The translations under genes were made by a program, and so were the position numbers. Of a DNA stretch of 64,000 bases, positions 10,854 to 23,646 are shown one piece after another. Source of the DNA: Pelagomonas calceolata (taxonomy: Eukaryota); assembly GCA_918797485.1 (NCBI GenBank), contig CAKKNE010000003.1, positions 3,596,001 to 3,660,000 of the forward strand. The letters are read 5' to 3'. A model generated the notes under the pieces. The model saw nothing but the letters and a program-made list of their open reading frames with translations, did no database searches and had not been told where the DNA came from. Each line of letters opens with the position of its first letter. The stretch's first letter is position 1.

Positions 10854-11897
10854 ATGTCCTCCTGGTTCAGCAGCAGCGCCCAAGCACCGCCACCGCAAGA
10901 AGGCATGTCGCCGGGCGTCGAGAAGGCCCTCGCCTTCCTCATTCTAGCAATGATCGGTCGTTTACTGAAGCATCGATTCAGCGCACCGCAGCTCGCCGGA
11001 GTACAGAGGTTGATCATGGACGCCACCTTACCTTGTACCATATTCAAAGCGTTGTGCGCCGTGTCGCTCGATGTTGAGTTGTTGCGGTGGCCGCTACTTG
11101 GTGTTGCGTTTGTCATAGTACAACTGGCGGCCGCAGCAGTAGCATCGAAACTCTTCTTCGCCGACACCATAAGACAGCAAACGGCCCGCTACCAGCTCGC
11201 GACGGCGGCGCCCGGTTTGAGCGCTTTCGTATTCATAAAAGAGTTTGTGGGAGACGCGTACGCCGGCCCCGCGGCCCTTTTTGACCTCCCTTATAAACTG
11301 TATCTGGTACTGGTCCTGCCCTTCCTGCTCGGCGTGCCGGCTCCATCAATGTCAAAGCTCGTCACGGACCCGCTGAACGTGTCTATTCTTGGTGGATTGG
11401 CAATCGCGTTTACGAAGACGCCCTACGCGTCTCTCGGCGCTCTTGGTCAGGCCGCATCGCTATTGGCAGGTGCACAGACGCCCATCCTCTTCGTTTTGAT
11501 CGGGGCCAAGGTCAAGCTAAGTGGCGCGACGCCTGCGGTGTGCCTCGCGCTGTTGATGTTGAGGCACGCGGCGTGTTACGTCTACGTCGCCATTGCTTCA
11601 TTCGGCACCGACGCCGAACGGATGACTCTATTGTTGTTGGCGCAAGCGGCCGTCTCGGTCGTCGGCTGGGGGCAGATCAGTCGCGCGCGGGACGCCGGCG
11701 GGAGTTATGATGTGGACCTCGCCTTCGACGTCGTTGGTTATAGTATGCCGCTGACGATGGCGCTGCAGACGGCGGCGTGTTTAGGCGTGCTTCCTTCGCT
11801 GACCGTCATGCCGTTGATATGTCTTATTGCGGGCGGCGCGGGCTGGGCGCTGCTGCGGCGGAAGGGGTCCGACGACGCGCTCGCGAAGGTGGCGTAG
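10854..11897 (+). CDS. Multi-pass membrane transporter (AEC/PIN-like family possible)
   Basis: About ten hydrophobic helices, TLPCTIFKAL motif. Confidence 0.7.
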   Translation: MSSWFSSSAQAPPPQEGMSPGVEKALAFLILAMIGRLLKHRFSAPQLAGVQRLIMDATLPCTIFKALCAVSLDVELLRWPLLGVAFVIVQLAAAAVASKLFFADTIRQQTARYQLATAAPGLSAFVFIKEFVGDAYAGPAALFDLPYKLYLVLVLPFLLGVPAPSMSKLVTDPLNVSILGGLAIAFTKTPYASLGALGQAASLLAGAQTPILFVLIGAKVKLSGATPAVCLALLMLRHAACYVYVAIASFGTDAERMTLLLLAQAAVSVVGWGQISRARDAGGSYDVDLAFDVVGYSMPLTMALQTAACLGVLPSLTVMPLICLIAGGAGWALLRRKGSDDALAKVA

Positions 11898-12278
11898 GGG
11901 TAAGTTCAAGTTTCCAAGCTGTCCAGGCGAGGCGACTCGGTTTCTGTACGGAGGCCCTTGGGGAAGACACCGCGCGTCGCCGATTCATCGGCGGCGGGCG
12001 CGTGCCGCGTCTTTCATGAACAGCATACCTCCTTCTACGCAGAGCCGCCTCGGCAAGCCCCCCGGAACGGTGTGCGACGTTCGCAGGCATCGACGCGGCT
12101 CGCTGCCGCCTCGGAGCTTATGCAGCGCTAGCTGCCGGCGCCGCCTTTTCACCGGCCCTGCGGAGCGAAGCTGCCAGGACCGCCGCCGCGAAGAGCCACA
12201 GCACTGCTCCAAGGAGCAGCCCCCAAAGAACGCCACCAAACGCCGTCGGGGCAGCCTTAGGGCAGCCTTAACCCCAAA

Positions 12279-13514
12279 ATGGCCCACGCCCGTCGCCGCC
12301 TCCAGGGCGGCCCCGTCTCGGAGACCTGCGTCCGCGACGCCGCCGAGGACTTGAACCAATATGGCGAGAAGGTCGGCGTGAACCAATTGCTGGGCGAATA
12401 TGCGATACGCATACTGCGAGATAAACCTCCCGATCCCGTGAGCTACCTCATAGAAGAGATTTCCAAAAGACCCTTCCTCGTGAAGAATTTAGCTGGGCGG
12501 AACGCCTTCTACCGGGACCCTCGGAAAGATACGGCGGAGCAGCGAGCGCGGTTTTCTGCATCTGCGGCGGCGTTCTTTGCCTCGCAAGAATGCCAGCGGA
12601 TCTGCTCCCAAAAAGCGAAAGAGGCCCAGGACTGGCAGGCGCCCTCGACGCTACTCCATGGCGCGCCCGTCGCGCAGAACATCGCTAATACCTCAAGTGG
12701 GCCTCGTTTGCTAGGTCCCGGCGAGCAGTCGGTAGACGAAGGCCCTGCTTACGCTAGGCAATCAGGAGCCTACTCCGTCGACTTCGTCGCTGCTCTCGTG
12801 AGCGCTTCTTTATGCTCTTCTCAGGGCGACGCTGATAGATTTGACAGTGGCGTGCTCGGCACTCATCTGTTGCGGGGCTATCTGTGCGGCCTGACGCCCG
12901 TCGCGGCGCCGTCGCGGGAGGACCCGTATCCGAAAGCGCCGAGACCGGCGGCGCTCACGCCTCCCTTGGGGGGCGAGCCTCTGTTCGCCGAGGATTCGCA
13001 AGTGGACGCGACGACGACCGCAAGGACGGAAACGGCGACGGCGAACGCCGTCAACGATGAGGTGGTGGAGAAGATCAAGGAGCGGTTCGAAGATGAAGTT
13101 GTGGCCAGTGGAAAAGTTCATGGGCGCTACCACGTCGCGCTCGCCTCGGGAAAAGTGATCGAAGCCTGGCCGGCCCCCGAGACGCAGGGGTTGGCTGGCT
13201 TGGAGCGGGTCTATCGAGCTCTAGATGCGCCTCCCCTCGTCCCTCTCGATGGACTGGTAGCGCAGGAATGTGAACCGTGTTGCCGGTGGGATGGAGTGGC
13301 CTCATCGAATGAAGAGGCGGAGCGCATCGCGTTGTGGCTGGGCGCCTCATTGGGCGTGCTCCACGCGGGCTCCGCCGGCCACCTGCCCGAGCTGCGCAAG
13401 CACGCCGAGTCGACTTATAGACAGCACGCGGCCGTCGCGGGCGACGTCGAGTCGTTGGTGCGGACGGCCTGGGCGAACTACGCGAAGCAGGTCGAGGGGC
13501 TTGCGTCTAAGTAG
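12279..13514 (+). CDS. Hypothetical protein with N-terminal RIIa/Dpy-30-like docking motif
   Basis: LLGEYAIRILRDKPPDPVSYLIEEI. Confidence 0.6.
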   Translation: MAHARRRLQGGPVSETCVRDAAEDLNQYGEKVGVNQLLGEYAIRILRDKPPDPVSYLIEEISKRPFLVKNLAGRNAFYRDPRKDTAEQRARFSASAAAFFASQECQRICSQKAKEAQDWQAPSTLLHGAPVAQNIANTSSGPRLLGPGEQSVDEGPAYARQSGAYSVDFVAALVSASLCSSQGDADRFDSGVLGTHLLRGYLCGLTPVAAPSREDPYPKAPRPAALTPPLGGEPLFAEDSQVDATTTARTETATANAVNDEVVEKIKERFEDEVVASGKVHGRYHVALASGKVIEAWPAPETQGLAGLERVYRALDAPPLVPLDGLVAQECEPCCRWDGVASSNEEAERIALWLGASLGVLHAGSAGHLPELRKHAESTYRQHAAVAGDVESLVRTAWANYAKQVEGLASK

Positions 13515-14342
13515 CTTGAGTCTGCTCGATGGCGTCTCGAGAGAACTCCGACCGGCACAGAACGAGGCGACGCGTGGGCAAGTGCGTAGTTACGAAAACA
13601 AAACTGTTACCGGGGCGCCTCTCGCTCGCCCACGGGGTCCATTGCTACAGGCGCGGGCGTCGGCGCGGGCGACGGCGCGGCGACGAGGACCGCCTTGGCA
13701 GCCCGGTGTCGACTCCACGTGACGACGGCGGCCGCGCCTGCCAATAGCGATGCTTTGGGGCCGAAAATAACCGTGGCAACGCAACAAGCTAGCACTTTTG
13801 CCCGTCGCGACCGGGGCGCGTCCTTCGCCCACGAGCCCACGCGCAGGAGCGGCCGGCCCTCCTCGACGTCGTCCTCCGTCCAGTCCTCTCGTTTCGCGGG
13901 GGTGTCGAAGATGTCGTCGACGCTCGTGGCGTAGCCAAAGTCCATCTCAGGCGCGTGGCTCGAGCGTCGCATCCGCGTCCGGGAGAGTTATATAGCAAAA
14001 GCCAATACCAGTCTGGAGGATGCTCGCTAGACGCCGGTTCTGCCGTCGAGCGATTGGAATTGTCTCGTTGGCGTCGCGATGATTCTCGTCCAATCACGCC
14101 CGTGGCTTAAGAGCCGATGGTGGGTTGCCCGCCGCGCCTGGAGACTTCTAGCGTCTTGTAACACACTAGCAAGTCCTTGGTCGACTTGTGCAAGGCCGCA
14201 GCGGCGACAGCACTGCGCCATTGCTTGTTAACAGCCTGCAAGCAACCTCCGGACACGCACTAATACGACAACCAAACAGCTTCAACGCCTTCACGCCAGC
14301 CGCCGCGAGCAGCCACTGCAGAGCCGAAACCACTGCAGTGTT

Positions 14343-15377
14343 ATGGCTGCGCAAGAGGAGACGACGCAGCGCGCCGTCTTCGTCGACACGTCCAACGAGC
14401 CGCGGACCGACGAGGAGGCCGTCTCCATGTGCACGCAAGGATTAGAGAGAGCGACGGCGCCGCGGGACATTGCTGACTTACAATTTCGGCTGGCCAATGC
14501 GCAGGTGCGGCGCGGCTTCCCCGAGCTAGCTGTCGCAGCGTTCCGGGCGTGCGTCGCGGCGGACCCGCGTCGTCTAGACGCGTTCAACAACCTTGGATTA
14601 TTGTTGTTGAGACGGTACGACTACGGCGCGGCGGCGACCGAGTTCCGTCATGGTTTAGCAGTCAGCGAGAGCGCGGAGCTCCTGCTCAACCTGGGCGTCG
14701 CCGTCGAGCACGCAGGTGATGTGGAGGAAGCCCAACGGTGCTACGAGCGAGTCATAACAATAGCGCCGAAGGATGCACGACCGCACGCAAATCTGGGCGC
14801 GCTGGCCGCGAAGCGAGGCGCGCTGGACGAAGCAATAGCGTGCCATCGAAAAGCTGTGGAACTAAATCCGGACGACCCCTGGCTTTCGTTTAATTTAGGT
14901 GATGCGCTCGAAGATGCTGGGGATGACGAAAGTGCGATACGAGCCTACGAGGCCTCAATACAATTACCCTGCGCGAAGAACAACCTCGCGGGGCTCCTTG
15001 AAAAGAGCGGGGACTACGACAGGGCCGAAGCGCTGTACGCCGAGTGCTGTGCGCAGAGCCCCGACGACTACGATTTCGCGGTGAACCGCGCGTGCTGTGC
15101 GCGATCTAGAGGTGTTGATGCCGAGGCGCTCTTCGCGGACGCCGCGAAACTTTGTGAGAGGCCCTACGCCTGCGCGTTTAACCTCGCGGAGCTCGCGGCG
15201 GCGCGCGGCGACATCCAGACGGCCCTCGCCCGGGCGAAGGAGGCCGTCGCCTACGCCGATGAGGAGGAAATTGACGACGCGCGGGAACTGCTGCGGGCGC
15301 TCCTCGAGGCGTGGCGCGATTCGTTGGACGACGCGAACGTGATCGAGGACGCGCTGGCGCACGGGTTGGAGATTTGA
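14343..15377 (+). CDS. Canonical TPR-repeat protein
   Basis: Repeated AFNNLG / LLNLG / HANLG / FNLG helices. Confidence 0.88.
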   Translation: MAAQEETTQRAVFVDTSNEPRTDEEAVSMCTQGLERATAPRDIADLQFRLANAQVRRGFPELAVAAFRACVAADPRRLDAFNNLGLLLLRRYDYGAAATEFRHGLAVSESAELLLNLGVAVEHAGDVEEAQRCYERVITIAPKDARPHANLGALAAKRGALDEAIACHRKAVELNPDDPWLSFNLGDALEDAGDDESAIRAYEASIQLPCAKNNLAGLLEKSGDYDRAEALYAECCAQSPDDYDFAVNRACCARSRGVDAEALFADAAKLCERPYACAFNLAELAAARGDIQTALARAKEAVAYADEEEIDDARELLRALLEAWRDSLDDANVIEDALAHGLEI

Positions 15378-15522
15378 TAAGTTTTGTGTTGTGTCTCCTG
15401 AGTGGTACAGAGCGATCGAAGATCGAGAGTCGTGCGTCCGCACCTACGCGCACGCGCGGCCCGGCACGCCATCGCCGTGTAGCACGTAGTGTATGTATCT
15501 ATCGTTAGGGGGGGAAGGGGCT

Positions 15523-18365
15523 CTACTCCTCGTAGACGCTCACCGGCGGGCACGTGCAAATCAGGTGCCGGTCGCCGTGGACGTTGTCGACGCGGCCGAC
15601 GGTGGGCCAGAACTTCGAGTCCTTGACGTACGGGAGAGGGAAGGCCGCCGTCTCGCGCGAGTAGGCCCGGTCCCAGTCGTCCGTGACGACGTCGTCCATC
15701 GTGTGCGGCGCGTGGTGGAGCGGCGAGTCCTCGAGCTTCACGGCGCCGTCCTCGACGTCCTTGATCTCCGCGCGGATCGCGAGGAGCGCGTCGCAGAACC
15801 GATCGAGTTCGGCCCTGTCTTCGCTTTCTGTAGGTTCGATCATCAGCGTCCCGGGCACGGGCCAGGACATCGTCGGGCTGTGGAAGCCGTAGTCCTGCAA
15901 TCTTTTGGCCACGTCCTCCTCCACCACTCCCGCCTTCTTGAACTCTCTGAGATCAATTATAAATTCGTGGGCGCATTGCCCGTTGGCACCCCGGAACAAC
16001 ACGGAATACGCATCTTCGAGCCTCTTCGCCATGTAGTTCGCGTTCAAAATAGCAATGGCCGACGCGCGAGCTAAGCCCTGAGCACCTAACATCTTGATGT
16101 ACATCCACGAGATCGGTAGGATGAGGGAAGAACCGTAGGGCGCGGCGGCGACGGCCGACTCCGAACCACGAGAATCACCGGTGGACGCATCAACAGCGGT
16201 AACCGTGTGTCCCGGCAGGAACGGCGCGAGATGAGCATTCACGCCGATCGCGCCGACGCCGGGCCCGCCGCCGCCGTGCGGGATGCCTGTGCGCACATCG
16301 ACGAGTGAGCCTCGCGATCCTCAGAGGCCCAAATTCGGCCACGACCCCCGAGAGGTACCCGCGACCGTATTGAGAGAGTAGCAACTCTCTACGACCGCGA
16401 GAGACCCCACATTGAAGTACAACTTGAACTCTGGAAAATACAAAACGTCTTGTGCATGTTCAAATGACACACGTCGGCGCCGCAGGTGCCCGGCGACGTC
16501 AGGCCGCACTGCGCGTTGAGATTGGCGCCGTCCATATACACCTGGCCGCCGCATTCATGGGTGATTCTAGTTAGATCGGTAATGGTCTCCTCGAAGACGC
16601 CGTACGTCGACGGGTAGGTCACCATGATCGCCGACAGGTTGTCCTTGTGTTTTTCCGCCTTGGCCTTGAAATCTTCTAAATCGATGTTGCCGTCGTCGTC
16701 GGACTTGACCTGTGTATGGACAATGTCAACATCTCGCCTCGGCGCGACACGACTCTCGGGACGTCCGAGGGACCGGCATCGCCCGCCACGCCATCGATGC
16801 GACCCTGCCTCGCGTCGATGGCGTCAACAGAGCCCGTCTCTCATGTTGAAGCAATGTTGAAGCAGCTTCAAGGACACTGATGTGGCACAATGACGCATTT
16901 CAGGCCCGCCATGACGGCCGAGGCCGGGTTCGTGCCGTGCGCGGAGACGGGGATGAGGCACACGTTTCTATGCCCTTCGCCGATGCTTTGTTGATACGCT
17001 CTGATAGCAAGTAACCCAGCGTACTCGCCGGAAGCACCACTATTGGGTTGGACCGATACCGCGTCGAAGCCCGTAATTTTACATAAATCGGCATTCAGCG
17101 ACGCGATCATCTCCACATACCCATCCGTCTGTTCCCGAGGGGCAAACGGGTGCACATCACTAAATTCCGGCCACGTCACGGGAATCATCTCGGCCGTGGC
17201 ATTTAATTTCATCGTGCAGCTTCCGAGCGAGATCATGCTGTGGTTCAGGGCCAGGTCCTTGTCCTCGAGCTGCTTGAGGTAGCGCAGCATCTGCGACTCG
17301 GACTTGTGGGTGTTGAAGACGGCGTGCGGGAGCAAGTTGTTTCGGCCCTTGACAGATGAGGTGTCCGCTAAAGCATCGACGTCGCCAGCATCAACCCCAA
17401 ACACATCTTCTAGAATAGATACTAAGTCTTCTCTCGTCACGGTCTCGCCGAAGGACAATCCAACTTCGTCGGGGCCGAACACTCGTAAATTAAAACCCGC
17501 TTTCTCAGCTTTCTCGGCAATTGAGGCGGAGTCGCACTTGACCACGATGGTGTCGAAGGCCGGCTCCGAGGCCTGGATGCCCGCCTTGTTCAAGGCGGAA
17601 GACGCGGCCTTGGCCAGGCCGAGGCAGCGTCTGGCGATGTCCTGCAACCCGTCGGGGCCGTGGTAGATGGCGTAGGCCGCGGCCATGTTCGCTAACAAAG
17701 CTTGCGCCGTGCAGATGTTGGACGTCGCCTTGTCTCTCCGGATGTGCTGTTCCCGCGTCTGCATGGCCATCCTCAGAGCTCTTCCTTTGCGCTCGTTGGC
17801 CTCGACGGTCTCGCCGATAATTCTACCAGGCATCCTTCTGGCGTACTTCTCGCTGGTGGCCATGTAGGCCGCGTGCGGGCCCCCGAAGCCCATCGGGACG
17901 CCGTAGCGCTGCATACTACCAACACAGATGTCCGCGCCGAAGGTGCCCGGGGCTGGTAAGAGTGTTAACGCTAATGGATCCGCAGCTACTACAGACAAAG
18001 CGCCGGCGTCATGAGCTCTAGCAGAAACACCAGCGGCATCCCCAACCACATCTCCACGGGTATTGGGATACTGCCACAGCACGCCAATACAAGCGTCGCC
18101 CAGATCAGCCGACGTCGCGTCCCCGACCACCACGTCAATCCCAAGAGCTTCGCACCGCGTCTTGACCACCGCGATCGTCTGCGGGTGGCACTGCGCGTCG
18201 GCGAAGAAGGTCATGGCGCCCTTCTTCTTGCCGTTCTTCGACAACGCGACGCACATGGACATGGCCTCGGCGGCCGCCGTGGCCTCGTCGAGCAGCGACG
18301 CGTTGGCCATCTCCATACCAGTTAACTCAGTGACTAAAGTCTGGTAGTTCAGCAGCATCTCGAGG

Positions 18366-18415
<50 letters not shown>

Positions 18416-19202
18416 CGGGTTCTCGAGCATGTTCCTGAGAATCACATAAGGCGTATGGGTCTCATTATACCCTTGGCCGATGAGCGACTTCAGGACCTTG
18501 TTCTTGTCGGCCATGGATCTGAGGAGTGAAAGGGCTTCGGTCTCGGACATGGCGGCCGACGTGTGGGAGCCTGCGTGTGTCGCGGTGTCCGAATCGGCTC
18601 AAACTCAAAAAATAAACCACCCACGTCATCGTGAGATGGCCACGAGTCGTTCGAATGATGTGAAGGCGCCTCTACACTTGAAAACGCGGAGATACGGACC
18701 GAGCTCCATCGGTTCTTCAAGCCTGATATTAGCGGGCACGGTGCTCGTCACTAACTCGTCGAGACTTTCGAAGCCGATCGTCTTCAACATCTCGAGCTGG
18801 TCCTTCTCGGAGGGGCCCATGTGGCGGCGCTCGAAGGTGTCGAGCCTGCGTGCGTTTTGCGTGAGTTCGTCGCGCGGTCGGCGCGGTGTCGCTCGGGTGT
18901 GTTTTCTCGTTCTCTCGTCGTCGCGCGTCGCTGCGCAGCGGTGCGAGCTCTCCGCGTCGACGGCGAATCGGCGCGCAGCCGTTGGTCGACGTGACAGTTC
19001 AGCCGCGATTCGCGCGCGTGAGTCGGCGGCCTTCCTTTTTTCGTGGCGCCGCGTAGGAGCGCTGCAAATCAATGGACGCGGCCGCGCGCGGGTCCAGAGC
19101 CTTGACCGGCGTCTCGCTGTTCGGGTAGATGTGCGCGATCGGCTTGCCAGCGGCTGCGGCGGCCGTGGATTTGTTGCGCAGCAAAGCCCGGAGCAGGCGC
19201 AT
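15523..19202 (-). CDS. GLDC: Mitochondrial glycine decarboxylase P-protein, 5 exons
   Basis: [53 protein letters not shown]; introns 18846-19089 (GC), 18571-18699, 16710-16888, 16287-16441. Confidence 0.95.
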
Positions 19203-19610
19203 CTTCGTCTCGCGTGTCTTCGGCGCGAGCATCATGATGCACCGCTGAGGCCTTCCCGCAGGCCTTCTTGCTGTGTCGCGTCGGCTACGTCGCGATGCAC
19301 AGCTAATTTAAGATGTGTGTCACACAGCCTCGGCTCTGCCTCTCCATTTGCACCCCCCGTTTTACGCCTCCGGAGATCCCTGGCATGAGTCCTCCGTACG
19401 CGATAGACCAGAAGAAGGGAGCGGTGGCATCTTGCACCCCCACCCGCAAATCCGGCCACTGTGCGGACGCGTCCCGGAACCGTCTCCCGGCCTAACCTTA
19501 CGCACGGCCTCCCCGACGTATCCCGCGGCGTCGGGATCGGCGCGTGGCCCACCGGGCAGCGGTGCTCTCCCTTGGCAGAGGCCAAAATCCCACTTTGTCC
19601 ACGGTAAAGC

Positions 19611-21713
19611 ATGGCGGAATTTGGCGCTGGGGGCGCCGGGCTGCGCGACGAGGACCGCCGCGCCCTCAAGGAGGGCAAGAAGCTGCTGAAGAAGGCGCTC
19701 GGGGCTGCCGGCATGGGCGGTCTCCTCGGAAAGGGCAAGAGTAAAGAGAAGCTCCGGCGCGAGAAGGAGCGGCGGCGCGCGGAGGAACAGGCGCGAGCTG
19801 CGGCCGAGACCCGAGCGAGGCAAAACGAGATCCGCGCGAGGCAAAACGCGGCCCGAGCCGCGATGGTGCGGCGGTGCGCGGCGGCCGAGCGCGCCAAGGC
19901 GGACGCAGCGCGCGCCGAGGCGGCTACGGAGCGGGCCGAAGCCTCGACAGCGCGCGCCGAGGCCGAAGCCGACTCCAAGAGGCTAGCGGCGGAGCGCGCC
20001 GCGGACGCGGCCGCACGCGCCGAGGCGGAAGCCGGCCTTGAGTCGGACCGGGCCGCCGTTGCGATGGAACGAGCAGCAGCCGCGGCTGCGCGCGCGGAGG
20101 CGGAGTCAGACTATAAGAGCCTGGCGGCGGAAGAGGCGCTCTCGGCGCGGGCGACCGAGGACGCCGAGGCGCTGCGCTCGGCAATCGAGGCGGAGCGCGC
20201 CGCGTCCCAAGCGCGTGCCCAGAGGGAAGCTGAGGCCGAGCGGCGCCGCCAAGCGGTCGAGGAGGCCGCACAGCGGAGGGAGCGAGCTCTTCGGGAACAG
20301 ATTCGGACGATGGAGCGCGAGCTCGAGGAGCACGAGGGGGGTGGCTTCGCTGACGTCTGTGGCCTCTTCGGCGGCGTTTCCGGCGGCGTCGCGGCGCGGG
20401 CGCGCGGCGCGGCGCTCCGCGAGGCCAAGCAGGAACTGGAGCGGCGGCGGGCCGAGCTGGCGGTAGTGGTGGCCCAGAGCGCGGACCGCGAGCGGGCCTT
20501 CGCCGACGAGCTGGCGGCAGAGCGAGAAGCGCGCGAGGCCGTGAACACTGAAGCGGCGCGCTACCTGGCGCGGTGGTACGCGACCAGCTTCGAGCTGCAG
20601 ACGGCAGAGAAGCATGCGCAAAATACAATCGACTTGAAGAATCTCGAGCTCCGGGAGGAGGTGGAACGGAGCAACGCCATGAAGACAGAATTGGAGTACG
20701 AGGCGGAAAGAAAAGCTGCGATGGACGTAGAACTCGGACAAGCTTCGCTCAGGGAACGTCTCGCCGAGGCCAAGCTACAGGACACCGTGGCCGAGCTAAG
20801 CCGGTTGAAAGCAGAGTTGGAGCAGGCGCGGTCGACGGCCGCGCCGGTAGGCAATGAAGGGGAGCTAGTAGCCGACCTGGACAAGTTAGATAGAGCAGTA
20901 TCGTCGCTGCTCGAGAAGAAAAACCAACTGAAAAGCGAAGTACGGGAGACATGCAGAGGGATGCCGATTAACAATAACGGCCACTCAATCGAGTACGCTA
21001 TGAAGGCTGTAGAAAAGGACTTCGAAAATATGAGCAAAATGATCCGAGAGTTCCGTTCGCGGGCCGAGGCCCAAAGGCCGTCGGCGGCGGCGTCGGAGGA
21101 GCCGCTGCCCGTCGGCACAGAGGTGAAGCTCGTAGGGTGTGCATTCAACACAAGCTTCAACGGGCGTCGCGGCATCATCGTCGAGGCGTCCCAGGATCTC
21201 ATCGACCGGGGCCGGGTGGCAGTTAGGCTCGGCGGGGGAGCCACGCTGCCGTTTAGCCGCAAGAACGTCGTGAAATGGTCACCGGAACAGGCTGCTGGCG
21301 CCCCGGCATATGCCTTCGGTGCGAGCTCGCCTGCACCGCCGGCGCCTGCGCCTGCAGGCGGTCCGGCGTTCACATTCGGCGCCGCGCTGCCGCCGCCCGC
21401 GCCCCCGCCGCCCCGGGCTCCGCAGCCGGCGGTGGTTCAACAAACGACCTACTACTCTTCGTCGCCGTCTCCGCAAATCTACATCCCCCGACCCGCACCG
21501 ACCCCGCCGCGGAGAAGTAGCAGCGGCGGCGCGCGCATGGGCACGGTCCTACGGAACGACGGCATGCCGGACCGCCGGTACGCGAGCCCCCGGCCGGTGA
21601 CGACCAGCGGCCGCCCGGACCGGCGCTTCAGCGTCAACCGGCCGGCGACTTCTTCCACGCGCAGCTCCGGGAGCAGCTCCGGGAGAAGAAGTGGTGGGAC
21701 GAGGCGTAAATGA
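19611..21713 (+). CDS. Coiled-coil protein with Pro-rich tail and two G.PDRR motifs
   Basis: 700-aa ATG ORF, A/E/R heptad-rich. Confidence 0.65.
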   Translation: MAEFGAGGAGLRDEDRRALKEGKKLLKKALGAAGMGGLLGKGKSKEKLRREKERRRAEEQARAAAETRARQNEIRARQNAARAAMVRRCAAAERAKADAARAEAATERAEASTARAEAEADSKRLAAERAADAAARAEAEAGLESDRAAVAMERAAAAAARAEAESDYKSLAAEEALSARATEDAEALRSAIEAERAASQARAQREAEAERRRQAVEEAAQRRERALREQIRTMERELEEHEGGGFADVCGLFGGVSGGVAARARGAALREAKQELERRRAELAVVVAQSADRERAFADELAAEREAREAVNTEAARYLARWYATSFELQTAEKHAQNTIDLKNLELREEVERSNAMKTELEYEAERKAAMDVELGQASLRERLAEAKLQDTVAELSRLKAELEQARSTAAPVGNEGELVADLDKLDRAVSSLLEKKNQLKSEVRETCRGMPINNNGHSIEYAMKAVEKDFENMSKMIREFRSRAEAQRPSAAASEEPLPVGTEVKLVGCAFNTSFNGRRGIIVEASQDLIDRGRVAVRLGGGATLPFSRKNVVKWSPEQAAGAPAYAFGASSPAPPAPAPAGGPAFTFGAALPPPAPPPPRAPQPAVVQQTTYYSSSPSPQIYIPRPAPTPPRRSSSGGARMGTVLRNDGMPDRRYASPRPVTTSGRPDRRFSVNRPATSSTRSSGSSSGRRSGGTRRK

Positions 21714-21739
21714 AGAGTACTATACCACACTACTAAACC

Positions 21740-23174
21740 TTACCACGCCCCCCGCCGCGGGTCCGCGTTCGCGTCGCCATCATAGGGATCGTTCGACACC
21801 TCGCCCGCGAGCATCATGGTCCGCGCATAGCTATCGTGCGCCGACGACGAGAACCAGTGCTTCGTGGTCACATCCACTTTCGCTTCCAAGAACGGAGGAA
21901 AGGAGAACTCGCCCTTGGGCGCCTCGACGAAGAGCGTGGTCGTGCCGGACGCGGATTCGGGCGAGTGGAACGTGTCGAGCATGTAGTACTCGTCGCGCCA
22001 CAAAAACGCGCGCCGCGTCTTCTTGATCTTCAGGCGGCCCGGGTCCCGCGTTTTGAGCAATGCTTTATATTCTCTGAGAGATAGGGTCCTTTCGGACGTC
22101 GAGTGCTCGTCGCCGACCATTTTACCCCGCACGCGATGGTGGTACGTCGCGGGACCGCCCCCGACGCTCGACTTCTTCGTGACACGCGACTCGCTTCCAT
22201 CGGAGGTCCTCAAAAAAACGTGCTCCAGCTTCCACTCCGCCGGCTCCAATTGCGCTAAAGCCTGTTCGTCGACGTTGCGCACGATCCACCAGCGCGGCTG
22301 CGATCTGGGTCCAGGGACACCGAGACTTCGACACACAACATCAACCGTTTTTCGTATTTTTTCTTCGAAGCTCCCCGTGCCGTTCTCCACCACGTGCAGC
22401 GCGTTGTGGCCGACCCAGGCCCTGGCTAGCCTTCCGTCCAGCGCGATGGCCTCCGGACGACTTTCCATCCGAGCCTTGTTGTTCTCCAACGTGTAGAAGC
22501 GCTCGGCGCCGATCGCCGCGGTCACTAAATGCACTACGGCTTCATATCTCTGGTCGCGTAGTTGCGGTATCGTCCAATTGAACTCCTCGAGGACCTGCGC
22601 GTGATGAAATGCGCTCAAACTCGAAAATGAGACCACCCCCGGCATCGTGAGATGGAGGCGAGTACGATCTCCGAAGAAAGGCCTCGGGACGCCGCAGTCA
22701 TGCGTCATCAAATTGATCTTTGCCCACGTACGCCAAGACGTCCATCGTACCTCGATCCATCAAGAGCACGGCGTGCCTCCCTTCTGAGAGGGAGCACTTC
22801 TCGGCGATGTCGCGGAAATTGTCCTCGAGGGCCATCTGTATTTTCAGCACAGAAACCTCCCAGTCGCGGTGTTGCCGTTGCGTGTAGTTCCCGGGCTTCG
22901 CGCCTCCGGTAATAGTTAGCGTGGCGACCTCCGGAACGACAAACACGTCGAACCCCATGTTTTGTAACCGTAAAGATAATTTGGCCATCGCCGTGGTTTT
23001 TCCGGCACACGGGCCGCCGGTGATGACGATGCGGTGGACGCGCGGCGGTCCGAGCTTGTCGGACGACGCCTTCCAGGTCGTGCGTTTTTGGAGGGTGTCC
23101 TCGTCGCATCTCGTGAGTGCGGCGAGCGTGGCGCAGGGCGCGGCGTGCCGTAAGCGGAGCGCGGCGCGCCACAT
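21740..23174 (-). CDS. P-loop (AAA_28) + CYTH-like protein, TTD14-like, 2 exons
   Basis: RIVITGGPCAGKTT, LLMDRGTMD, IKKTRRAFLW..YYMLDTF; GC-AG intron 22595-22703. Confidence 0.8.
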
Positions 23175-23646
23175 GGTGATCCGTGCGGTCGCGGCGGCGG
23201 CGTGCAGCGGCGTGCAGTGCAGTTGGGCAAAGCTTGTTTGAGTGCAGCAATCTGCTGCAGCGCGGTGGTCGCGCCGGCGGCAGCGTGCAGCTGTGGTGCG
23301 GGTGGGGGAGCTGATTTGAATGCAAGCTGTGGCACAAGCTGTGTCCGCGCTGCTCCAGCGAACGGCGTGCGTGCCAGATGTAGCCCGCACCGCTCTATAC
23401 CCCAATGCAGCTGTAAGCACACCGTTGCCAAAGTGCAAAGCAAAACAGCTTAGCGTCGATAGACACACTAGCAACTGGCCGGCCAAGCTTTGCCAAGGCC
23501 TCGCCAGGCGAATACTGGCGGAATCCGAAGCCAAGAGCTGCCAAGAGCTTGCCCAAGGCTGTGCACACACGACACCTTGGCGCCTTGACCGCGCACGGCA
23601 GTGCAAAGCGTCTCCCTGCAAGCCTCTCCCCAGCAGCCGAACAGCC

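Noticed and set aside
13607..13972. 121-aa minus-strand ORF
   Set aside because: Possibly a spliced small membrane protein gene, but its structure could not be resolved.
15523..19202. Fragmented GLDC, EF-hand, helicase and aminotransferase ORFs as pseudogenes
   Set aside because: Frames are restored by plausible GT/GC-AG introns.
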